The notes beneath the pieces were generated by a model that searched no databases, was not told the DNA's origin, and saw nothing but the letters and a program-made list of their open reading frames with translations. Source: Savitreella phatthalungensis (taxonomy: Eukaryota). From it: a stretch of DNA of 64,000 nt. Shown here piece after piece: positions 23,497-32,718 of the stretch (positions are counted from its first letter, which is position 1; the number at the start of each line of letters is the position of its first letter). The translations under genes and the position numbers were made by a program. The DNA lies in assembly GCA_051599415.1 (NCBI GenBank), contig AP039708.1, positions 124,001-188,000 of the forward strand, in the 5' to 3' direction.

Positions 23497-23964
23497 ATGG
23501 TCAAGGTCGGAGACAGCATCCCACAGGTCGGTCCACTCGAGGAGGGTGGTCCTGGACAGAAGGTGTCCTTGCCGACGTCTGGCAAGTACATCTTGTCTCT
23601 TGTGCCAGGAGCCTTCACGACCCCGTGCTCTAACCAGGTGCCTGGGTTCGTGGAGAACGAGAAGGCATTTGCGTCCAAGGGCTACGACAAGATCTACGTC
23701 GTCGCGGTGAACGACGCGTTCGTCGTGACTGCATGGAAGGAGCACCTGGCCAAGTCGTCCGGTGTACACTTCCTAGCAGACCCGACAGGTCACTTCACAA
23801 ACGCACTAGACCTCCTCTTCGACGCCTCAGGACTCCTAGGCAACCACAGAGCAAAGAGAGCCGTCCTAGCAGTCGAAGACGGTAAGGTCAAGTCGATCGT
23901 CGTCGAAGACGAGGCACCCAACATCACAGTCACAAAGGCAGACAACGTCCTCGCATCACTATAA
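23497..23964 (+). CDS. Type II peroxiredoxin (Prx5/Pmp20/Ahp1-like)
   Basis: MVKVGDSIP, VPGAFTTPCS (peroxidatic Cys), AVNDAFVVTAW and FLADPTG. Confidence 0.92.
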   Translation: MVKVGDSIPQVGPLEEGGPGQKVSLPTSGKYILSLVPGAFTTPCSNQVPGFVENEKAFASKGYDKIYVVAVNDAFVVTAWKEHLAKSSGVHFLADPTGHFTNALDLLFDASGLLGNHRAKRAVLAVEDGKVKSIVVEDEAPNITVTKADNVLASL

Positions 23965-24568
23965 GCGTCCTATATCAAGCTTAGTCTATCACTCATCAAT
24001 CAGAGATGCGATGGGATGCTCAAGGACATGCTTCAGAGCAGATAATACAAAATGACTTTGCAGGAGGACCGTCTACGTGTCCAGTGTGTGATTTCCTATT
24101 GCTGTGATCATGTGCATGATCATGTGCATGTGTATACATTAGCCGAAGCCGTATTTCACTCTTTTGCCATGGCTGTAACTCTCTCTCCTTGCTAAAAAGG
24201 TTAATGCGTATACCCTACTGAACTCAAGACGCGCTACAAAATTAGACTGCAGATTATGAAGAATGACGCGCATCACTTCCGAATCATTACAAAACGCGTC
24301 AACAAAATCTAAGCATCTCAACTCCTGAATAGATAAATTTATTAGATCAGAATCTCAACCTCTTAGAAACGTATCTAATGTATACCTGACTCGTACCAAG
24401 TAATTAGTCTGAGACGTGACCTAGTACAAGCTATACAGACGCCATCTCTATATCCATACAACCCTTCCATCTCCTATCGTCCCTTCATCTTCTTCTGTAC
24501 TCCATTGTGCTTCTTCTCTGGCAAAGGCTGCTGCCGATACTGCCCTTGCTGATACACCGGCTGCGAGG

Positions 24569-25948
24569 ATGACATCGTCATGGCACGCGCTAGAAACGCC
24601 AGAGGCTCGTGGACCTCCAAGTGATCCGCACAGCAGTTCCTCATCAGCCATGCGCAGGCGCCGCAGAACGACTGCCCAAGAGCTAGTCATCCTCGAGCGT
24701 GAGTTTCTACGGTGTGATAAGCCGTCGATGGGCGAGCGTGAGCGGATCGCCCGAGAGATCGTCCAGGCCGGCGGTGTGGGCATGAACGGCCGTGAGATCC
24801 AGGTCTGGTTCCAGAACAAGCGGCAGGCAATCCGTCGCGTCCAGCCGTCCCTTTCTGCATCGGCACCGCATCGCCACTTCTCATCGTCCTCACTCACAGG
24901 AGACGAGACAGAGTCATCACCACCCGCAACCGATCGACCACATGACCCATCACACCCACGCACCTCTATCACGCCCCCGGCACTCTCACAATCTTCCACA
25001 GCAGGACATGGAGGACATCATCAACCCAAGACCAATCCACCTGTACCGACGCCAGACTCCATTGCTCATCACAGCCGCCACCATCAGATCGACAAGCGTA
25101 AGATGGCCGGTGTCCTCTTGGGGAACCTGGATGGTCGTGCCGAAGTCATGTTCAGCGCGCCACCACTGAAACCGTCATCTCCGCCGCGTGAGCCCCAACT
25201 CGTGACGCCGATCAAGACGCCACTTGCACGGAAGCAGCATCCTGCCGGAGGCCACAAGGCTGCCCTCCGAAGTGCCTCCTCGCCGGCACTCCTGGGATCG
25301 CCCATGTCATCCCTGCTCAACTCTGCCCAGGCTGCATCAGCCCTGCAGAACATGTGCGCAGGCACAGGATCAGGTGCAGATTCACGTGCAAATGTGCCGA
25401 GACCTGGAGATCCCAGAGGTCACGCTCGCAAGCGATCCCTCCTGAACGATGATGAGGACGACGATGTGGACGACGGCAGGACCGCAGCACTACAACTCCC
25501 ACACTCGACGCGCGAGTCCGCTCCGATCGCGAAGCGGAGGCCGAACGACACTGGATTTGGCAAAATCACGACGTTCAACGGCAAAGAGAACGTCCCACCT
25601 GCATTACTACCGATCCACGTGGGTCCACGCTCACAAGCGTCTCCAACAGACCCGTCCGCATACAGCCTGTCACGGCGAGTGGTCTCACAACCGGCGCCGT
25701 CTCTCAACCTCCCTCGGACAAATGGACCGTTCGACCTGCGTGACTCCACCTTCACCTCCCTCATCCCATCATCAAAACTACACAGATCAGTGTCAGAAAT
25801 GCTACCCCTCCCACGCCCATCACACCGCACTATCACCATCCACGCAGACACCAGCCACGAGAACGAGCATGAGGATGAAGAGAGGCGCAGAGAAATGACT
25901 GCAGAAGAGTGCGCACTCAGTCTTGTAGGTCTTGCTAGCGCGAGATAG
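24569..25948 (+). CDS. Homeodomain transcription factor (Yox1-like)
   Basis: RRRRRTTAQELVILEREF...REIQVWFQNKRQAIRR homeodomain. C-terminal EECALSLVGL helix as in Yox1-type repressors. Confidence 0.85.
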   Translation: MTSSWHALETPEARGPPSDPHSSSSSAMRRRRRTTAQELVILEREFLRCDKPSMGERERIAREIVQAGGVGMNGREIQVWFQNKRQAIRRVQPSLSASAPHRHFSSSSLTGDETESSPPATDRPHDPSHPRTSITPPALSQSSTAGHGGHHQPKTNPPVPTPDSIAHHSRHHQIDKRKMAGVLLGNLDGRAEVMFSAPPLKPSSPPREPQLVTPIKTPLARKQHPAGGHKAALRSASSPALLGSPMSSLLNSAQAASALQNMCAGTGSGADSRANVPRPGDPRGHARKRSLLNDDEDDDVDDGRTAALQLPHSTRESAPIAKRRPNDTGFGKITTFNGKENVPPALLPIHVGPRSQASPTDPSAYSLSRRVVSQPAPSLNLPRTNGPFDLRDSTFTSLIPSSKLHRSVSEMLPLPRPSHRTITIHADTSHENEHEDEERRREMTAEECALSLVGLASAR

Positions 25949-26661
25949 TGAGTGAGTAGACTACTAGGGATACTCTGTGTGCATATAAATACATAAATAC
26001 CTCATTCACAGTATCTCACATGTCTCGATCACGTGCAAATCTATCCCAGATGTCTGAGCTGCCCTCGTACAAGAATTCCAGCCACAGGTACAATGACGTA
26101 CATGCTAGAGTATATAAATAGAATTGAATCTGAGAAGAGTCAAAATTGTTTTTTGTGTCGTGTCAGGTATATCTGCATTCCAACATTGTACAAACAAATC
26201 CAGAATCAAGATTTCATTCTATATATATTATATTGTATTATTTTACTCCCTATTCAATTCGAAACCAGATTTACCCGGCCGGGAATGCATCAATTTCCGG
26301 AGACCGAGATCTGGGGTAAAATTTAATCAATCTGAATCTATGTCTACCTAGCACAATAAATCAGACCGCAATTGGAAGAGTCAGTCAGTCATTTACAGCC
26401 AGTCAGTCAGTCACACAGACGCGTACACACGCATAACAGCCAGTCTATGTATCGTATAGCGTATATTGCAAGGAACACGAGTCAAAGTCAAAGTCATTGC
26501 AAAATCTACATAATCCTTCATTCCATCCTTATACACAGGTCCAAAGAATAGTCACAGGTCACCTTGCGCACTCACCCAGTCACTCACTCACTCACTCACT
26601 CACTCAGTTCACCTACCCGTATACATACAACTTCTCCATCGACCTGTAATCCACCTTCGCC

Positions 26662-28071
26662 ATGTCATCAGTCGGTACAGGCAGTGACTTTGGTGATCCA
26701 GCACTACAGGAACGACCTGTCAGACGTCGAACACCTCCAGATCCGAGAAGACCCAGTAATCTATTCCCTCCTGGCCGTGACGCCATCTTCCCTAAAGCCG
26801 CAGCGCTCATGCGCGCACACTCAGACACATGTCCTCAAACAGTCGCACACAGGGGATTCAACAAAATCTACCCTGAAAACTCTATCGAGGCACTCTCATC
26901 TGCGCTCTCGACTGACGCCGTCCGCTCGTACGCCGCAAAAGCACAGCTCTCAACGAGACCGCCCTCCTCGCGAGATGCACAGGACGAGCTCAAATCGCAA
27001 TCGTTCATCGAGGCCGCAGGTCAAGCATCCTTCTCGACATTGACCTCGACCAAAGCACAGCCAAATTTCTCGCCAGACGCATACACAGCAGCCGACGGAA
27101 TCGAGCTGGACGTGCGACTGTCACGAGACGGTCAAGTCGTCATCTCTCATGACGCCTCACTCAAAAGGTGTTACGGGATTGATAAGCTTGTCGGGGAAGT
27201 CGACTGGTTTGGTCCTGGGGGAATTGCCTCGCTCGAGTCTGTACGAGAGCCAAAAACGAAGATGCCATTATTGGAGGACGTGCTGCGTGTGGTGGAGGGT
27301 GAGAAGGGCAAGTGGTGTATGCTGGACGTCAAGATCGATAACTCTGTGGAGATTATCGAAGCTGTCGGCAAAGTCCTCCGTCGGTGTTCCCCATACGACA
27401 CCGCCAACCCAAAGAACCTCACCTACTGGGCAGACAAGTGTGTCCTCGGTCTCTGGCACACAAAGTTCCTCAACGAAGCCGCACAGCACCTCCCCGGTAT
27501 CCCCATCTCGCACATCGGCACAGATCTCACGTACGCCAGGTCACACTGGCTCAACGACGATCGTGTCGTAGGGTTCAATATGCAGATCTTCACACTCATG
27601 AATCCAGGAGCCAGATCACCGCCACCCATCCCGCAACACCTACCGATCCTGTCGAGCGAAAGCACGGAAGGGCAGAAACAAAGGCCTCAATACTCGTCAC
27701 AGCGGTCCTGGGGATCCTGGCTACTCCCAGGCTCAGGCACCGCCACCGACGCTCACGCAGACATTCTTTCCAGAAGAGCAGCCATTTCTGACGGTGACAG
27801 ATTTGTGGCAGAGTGTCATGCACGCGGCAAAGCCGTCAGCGTCTGGACTGTCAACTCCCCAGACATCGTCCACTACGCCCACTCCCTCGGCGTCGACGTC
27901 GTCATGACAGACGATCCCCTCCTCATCGGCACACGCCGACCCTACCTCCTCAACAACACTACAAACTGGTCGAGAGAGCGGTTCTGGCAAGGTTGGTCAA
28001 TCAAGGCAAGAGTCCACGCAACCAGGTGGTTCATCTGGGGAATCTCACTCTACAGGCAGTGGAAGTACTAA
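26662..28071 (+). CDS. Glycerophosphodiester phosphodiesterase (Pgc1-like GDPD)
   Basis: VAHRG, YPENS, GIELDVRLSRDGQVVISHD, VWTVN and GVDVVMTDDP. Confidence 0.9.
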   Translation: MSSVGTGSDFGDPALQERPVRRRTPPDPRRPSNLFPPGRDAIFPKAAALMRAHSDTCPQTVAHRGFNKIYPENSIEALSSALSTDAVRSYAAKAQLSTRPPSSRDAQDELKSQSFIEAAGQASFSTLTSTKAQPNFSPDAYTAADGIELDVRLSRDGQVVISHDASLKRCYGIDKLVGEVDWFGPGGIASLESVREPKTKMPLLEDVLRVVEGEKGKWCMLDVKIDNSVEIIEAVGKVLRRCSPYDTANPKNLTYWADKCVLGLWHTKFLNEAAQHLPGIPISHIGTDLTYARSHWLNDDRVVGFNMQIFTLMNPGARSPPPIPQHLPILSSESTEGQKQRPQYSSQRSWGSWLLPGSGTATDAHADILSRRAAISDGDRFVAECHARGKAVSVWTVNSPDIVHYAHSLGVDVVMTDDPLLIGTRRPYLLNNTTNWSRERFWQGWSIKARVHATRWFIWGISLYRQWKY

Positions 28072-28502
28072 TGACCTTTCCCACCATAAAAAGAATAGCA
28101 TCCAGCATCAAGCATGAAATCCCTTTCCCTTCCACCCATTGACCTGTGGCCGGGCGTACTAATTGCAAGTCTACTACGTCTTTGTGTTACCCTGTGCCCC
28201 GTATACATACATTGACATTCGGGAAATTTAAGCTTTCTCAACGGTCAAAGCAAATCAACCTCGCACCGGGTTAACAGCCAATGAGAATGTCTCACAGCGC
28301 ATGCGCAGTCACATCATTGGACAACCAAGAAATCCTCGAGGATGATGATCTTCCTGCTCTTCCCTTCCAAGAGCTCATCCGTCTACTTAGCGAGCCAATC
28401 GACGTCTTCCTGTAAGTCATTCCCCTGTCCCTTCTCATCTCTCACCTCCACCTACAAGAAGGGGACAAGATCCGTCCTCGATCATGAACACCCAAAGACA
28501 GC

Positions 28503-30362
28503 ATGTACATCGCGTCGCGGATAGCAGGTCTAGCGGCCTTTGTAGCAGTAGTCAAGGCAACTGCTACCGCTGCACCACGTCTAGATGACAATCTCTCATA
28601 CCAGTCACCCTCGTTGAAGCACGCGGACCTCGCTATCGACACCGAAGCCATCCACTCGAAGCTCGTCAAGCGTCAGCTGTACTACTTCGAGTCCGACACG
28701 GGCAACGAGGGCGGTCCGGACAACTACCTGCCCGAGCTCACTTGGACAAACGCCAACTACACTGGCGCCATCTCTTTTACTCATGGTGTCGCCTCCGGAG
28801 ACCCTTCCACAGACTCAGTCGTCCTCTGGACCCGTGCAGCACCTGCCAACAACGTCTCCACAGACTACCCGATCCCGGTCTCCTACCAAGTCGCCCTCGA
28901 CCGCAACTTCACCCAGATCGTCGACGCCAAGACGGTCTACACCACGCAGGACGTCGACTACACCGTGAAAGTGCTCGCCCAGAATCTGTCCCCATGGACA
29001 TACTACTACTACCGCTTCTCAGCCAAGGGCTCATCCACAGCCGCAAACGCCACCGCCCTCTCCATCATCGGTCGCACAAAGACCCTGCCTCGACCAGACT
29101 GGGACGGCACAACACACGACATGACGCTCGCCACCTTCTCGTGCTCAAACTTTCCCTTCGGACGGTTCGTCGCCTACGGCAACGCGGCCCGTCGTGACAA
29201 GGCTGACTTGTTTGTGCACCTGGGTGACTCGATCTACGAGTACGCGCGTGGAGAGTACGACCTGGGAGCGATGACTGACCAGATCGGTCGGACAGACAAG
29301 CCATCGACGGCACTGCTGACGCTGAACGACTACCGAACACGGTACAAGCACTACCGTACGGACGAGGACTTTGCACTGGCGCTGCGCCGAGCGCCGTGGG
29401 TGTTTGTGTGGGACGACCACGAGGTGGCGGACAACACCTGGCGTGGTGGTTCGGCCCAAAGCAACGACTCCTCGAATGGGCTCATCAACGGCGTCGACTT
29501 CACCTCACGCAAGGCAGCGGCCATCCGCGCCTACTTCGAGTACACACCCATCAGGCCAGACATCCTCACCAACAACCTCCGACTCTACCGATCGCTCAAG
29601 CTAGGCAAGCTCGCAGACCTCTTCCTCCTCGACACCAGAGTCAGAGACAGAGATCTCACCGACCTCTACTACAACACTCAATTCGTTCAGAGTATTCGAA
29701 AAGACCAGAGACGCTCGCTCATGGGACTCGAGCAGGAAGAGTGGCTGTACGGCAACCTGCGCAAGTCGAAGAACAGAGGAGCGACCTGGAGAATTCTAGG
29801 TCAGCAGATCGTCATGTCGGAACTCGTATACACGGCCGCCGGCCGGATCAACGTCGATGCCTGGAGTGGATATGTGAGCAACCGAGCTCGTCTCTTTGAC
29901 GTCCTTTCGAACCTCGGCGACGGCAACAACGTCGTCCTCTCTGGCGACTCACACATCGCCACGGCCTGGTCCCTCAACGGCACATACGTCGACAAGTCGT
30001 ATGGTCCACTCGGTATCGAGCTCGCCGGCACCGCCGTGTCCTCACCTTCCCCGATCCAACCCCGCAACGCGACCTTCGCAGTCCGTCAGCAGCAGAACGC
30101 CGACCTCGTCGGTCTCAACCCGCCCATGGCATGGGCAGATGTCGGCTACCGAGGATACTTCGAGCTCACCTTGAACGCTCAGAAAGTCAACGCAACCTTC
30201 TACGCAACCCCAGACCTCTACACCCCAAACAACACACTCGAAATCACCGGACCACAGCTCACAATGCTCAAGAACAAGGGTCTCCTCCAAACACCCCTCA
30301 ACAACGGCAACAGATCCGTCGCCTTTGGCGTCCTCTCCAACACCACAGCCTACCGTGGATAG
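28503..30362 (+). CDS. Secreted alkaline phosphatase D (PhoD family)
   Basis: Signal peptide; FTHGVASGDP, SCSN, HLGDSIYEY, WDDHEVADN, LDTR, DAWSGY and LSGDSH. Confidence 0.93.
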   Translation: MYIASRIAGLAAFVAVVKATATAAPRLDDNLSYQSPSLKHADLAIDTEAIHSKLVKRQLYYFESDTGNEGGPDNYLPELTWTNANYTGAISFTHGVASGDPSTDSVVLWTRAAPANNVSTDYPIPVSYQVALDRNFTQIVDAKTVYTTQDVDYTVKVLAQNLSPWTYYYYRFSAKGSSTAANATALSIIGRTKTLPRPDWDGTTHDMTLATFSCSNFPFGRFVAYGNAARRDKADLFVHLGDSIYEYARGEYDLGAMTDQIGRTDKPSTALLTLNDYRTRYKHYRTDEDFALALRRAPWVFVWDDHEVADNTWRGGSAQSNDSSNGLINGVDFTSRKAAAIRAYFEYTPIRPDILTNNLRLYRSLKLGKLADLFLLDTRVRDRDLTDLYYNTQFVQSIRKDQRRSLMGLEQEEWLYGNLRKSKNRGATWRILGQQIVMSELVYTAAGRINVDAWSGYVSNRARLFDVLSNLGDGNNVVLSGDSHIATAWSLNGTYVDKSYGPLGIELAGTAVSSPSPIQPRNATFAVRQQQNADLVGLNPPMAWADVGYRGYFELTLNAQKVNATFYATPDLYTPNNTLEITGPQLTMLKNKGLLQTPLNNGNRSVAFGVLSNTTAYRG

Positions 30363-30412
30363 ATCGTGATTGTTAGAACTGTAGAAGAAAAAGTATAGAA
30401 GCTTTATGATGT

Positions 30413-31090
30413 CTACTGTCCACCGCCACCGCCTCCAGAGAACAGGAACACGATGACCAGTGGGATCAAGTAGATCCCGTACTTCTGGAACAGTGTCTTT
30501 TCAGGCTCAGGCGTCTCCACTTCCTCAACGCCGTCAGCGCCGCCAATTGTCTCAGACCCCTGACCCCTCTTGTCGTCCGCTGCCGCTCTTCGTGTCTGTT
30601 TCTGTAGCGTCGTCCGGGGTCCCTTTTCTGGGTCGATCAGGTCGATGACGACCTTCGTCTCCTGTGCTGCAACTCCTCGGAAAACCTTGTACGAGACGTG
30701 GTAAATCTCAATCTGATCCAAGTCCACCTCGCTCGCTCGAGTTATGTCACTCCCAGACTGCGGCCTCCGTCTCCCATGCAGCGTGATCACCTCCTTCACC
30801 GGCCCCTCACCGACCCCCGCAGGCCCCCGCACATTCGCCTGCACCTCCTCCGTCCCAACCACATACACCTCCCCTTCCCGCACATCCAGCCTACCACCAG
30901 GCCCTGCAACAAACGCAGCATCGTAACCACCATTCACCGTTACCACACCTTTCCTCTTCAACTCCACCACAGAGTTTCCATCACCAAGCCGACGTACACC
31001 GTGAACTAGAGAAATCGATCGACCCAGTCCATTCTCCCCACTGACTAACCCCACCACCATCACCAGCACACCCAATAAGCCAGCTCTCAT
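30413..31090 (-). CDS. EMC10: ER membrane protein complex subunit 10-like
   Basis: Signal peptide from the Met at 31090 (MRAGLLGVLVMVVGLVSG). C-terminal PEKTLFQKYGIYLIPLVIVFLFSGGGG is typical of EMC10. Confidence 0.75.
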   Translation of the reverse strand: MRAGLLGVLVMVVGLVSGENGLGRSISLVHGVRRLGDGNSVVELKRKGVVTVNGGYDAAFVAGPGGRLDVREGEVYVVGTEEVQANVRGPAGVGEGPVKEVITLHGRRRPQSGSDITRASEVDLDQIEIYHVSYKVFRGVAAQETKVVIDLIDPEKGPRTTLQKQTRRAAADDKRGQGSETIGGADGVEEVETPEPEKTLFQKYGIYLIPLVIVFLFSGGGGGGQ

Positions 31091-31327
31091 AGCCTTCTGT
31101 ACTGTGTCGTACGTAGTCTGTGCAATGTCTTTGTACGATGTGGTGTATGTGTGATAGGCTGACACATTCAGGCTCCACAAAACTTTTGTGCATATGTTTG
31201 TTCTGTGATAGATGTAGTGGAATGGACCCCGTGATTTGGTTCTGTGACAGGTGTGTGACATAGCATTAAAGAACACGGTGTCCTTCTCCCCCATCCACCC
31301 ACAGACACACGCCTACTCCCCGGGAGG

Positions 31328-32620
31328 ATGCTGCGATCGCGACTACGGTCTTCCGCTGTCCCGCACCTGCGCGGGTTCGCGACTGCCGGCGCCGTAGCGA
31401 CAACGCTCCGACAGTCGCCGCTGAACGACCTGCACGTGTCGCTTGGTGGGAAGATGGTTCCGTTTGCCGGGTGGTCGTTGCCGGTGCTGTACGGCGGGAT
31501 GTCGCTTGGTGAGTCTCACCTGTGGACTCGCGGGAAGAGTTCTATTTTTGACGTGTCGCACATGTGCCAGTTTGTGTTCAAGGGTGAGCACGCAACCGCG
31601 TTCCTCGAGACCGTCATCCCCGCCGGTCTCCGCGACCTCCCCCGCAACCGCTCAACCCTCTCGCTCATCCTCGACCCGCACACCGCAGGCATCCTCGACG
31701 ACCTCATCGTCACAAAATGGGACGACCACACCTACTACGTCGTCACCAACGCCGCCACACGCGACAAAGACCTCGCCCACTTCCAATCCCAACTCACAGC
31801 ATTCGCACAAGCATCAAACAAGCAGCCACCCACACTCCAAGAGCTCACCCAGAACGCACTCATCGCAATCCAGGGACCAGAAGCTCACATCGCCCTTGCA
31901 TCAGTCCTAGATCGGGCGGATGCAGGCGCACTAGACACGGTCACTTTCGGTGGCTCTCGCCACGTCCACGTGTCCACGGGAGACGGTGGTAGCGTGGGGG
32001 TGCACGTTGCGAGGGGTGGGTACACTGGTGAGGATGGGTTTGAGATTTCTGTGGGTGCGGGGGATGTGAGAGGGTTGGTGGATCGGTTGCTGGATGGGTC
32101 GAGCAGTGGGGTGGAGGTGCGGATGGCTGGGCTGGGTGTACGGGACTCGCTCAGGCTCGAGGCCGGGATGTGTCTGTACGGGCACGACCTCGACGCCACC
32201 GTCACCCCAGCCGAGGCCAACTTGATGTGGACCATCCCGGCCCACAGGAGGGCGAGAGGTGAGGGCGAGGTGGTGTTCAACGGGCGTGATGCGCTGATGG
32301 CTCAGATCGAGGAGGGGAAGGTGAGGAGGAAGCGAGTGGGTTTGGTTGTTGATGGCGCACCGGCGAGAGAGGGCGCACCCGTGTACGAACTCGCACTCTC
32401 AGACACACAGCCTCTCAAGGGACCAACCAAAGACAGAGAGCCCATCGGCAAAGTCACCTCGGGCTGCCCCTCACCATCGCTAGGCAAGAACATCGCCATG
32501 GCGTACGTGCCCACCCACGCAGCAAAGTCAGGCACCCTCGTCGACCTCCTCGTCAGAGGTAAGCTCCGTCGAGCGGAAGTGACCAAGATGCCGTTCGTCA
32601 AGACCAACTACGTCAAATGA
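31328..32620 (+). CDS. GCV1: Glycine cleavage system T protein (aminomethyltransferase), mitochondrial
   Basis: MVPFAGWSLP, FDVSHM, RGGYTGEDGFEI, RDSLRLEAGMCLYGHD and VTSGCPSPSLGKNIAM. Confidence 0.96.
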   Translation: MLRSRLRSSAVPHLRGFATAGAVATTLRQSPLNDLHVSLGGKMVPFAGWSLPVLYGGMSLGESHLWTRGKSSIFDVSHMCQFVFKGEHATAFLETVIPAGLRDLPRNRSTLSLILDPHTAGILDDLIVTKWDDHTYYVVTNAATRDKDLAHFQSQLTAFAQASNKQPPTLQELTQNALIAIQGPEAHIALASVLDRADAGALDTVTFGGSRHVHVSTGDGGSVGVHVARGGYTGEDGFEISVGAGDVRGLVDRLLDGSSSGVEVRMAGLGVRDSLRLEAGMCLYGHDLDATVTPAEANLMWTIPAHRRARGEGEVVFNGRDALMAQIEEGKVRRKRVGLVVDGAPAREGAPVYELALSDTQPLKGPTKDREPIGKVTSGCPSPSLGKNIAMAYVPTHAAKSGTLVDLLVRGKLRRAEVTKMPFVKTNYVK

Positions 32621-32718
32621 GCATAGAAAGTTGTTATGGGTGGGAGTTGAAATTCGTGATCGTCATTCTCTATCTACATGATTACGTGTGTTTGTGTGTG
32701 GGGGTGGTGCGAACTAGT

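Noticed and set aside
8290..25948. MADS box, G-alpha and homeobox as a mating-type locus
   Set aside because: The MADS protein is MEF2-type and the homeodomain is Yox1-like. No HMG/alpha-box, pheromone or receptor genes were seen, and housekeeping genes are interspersed.
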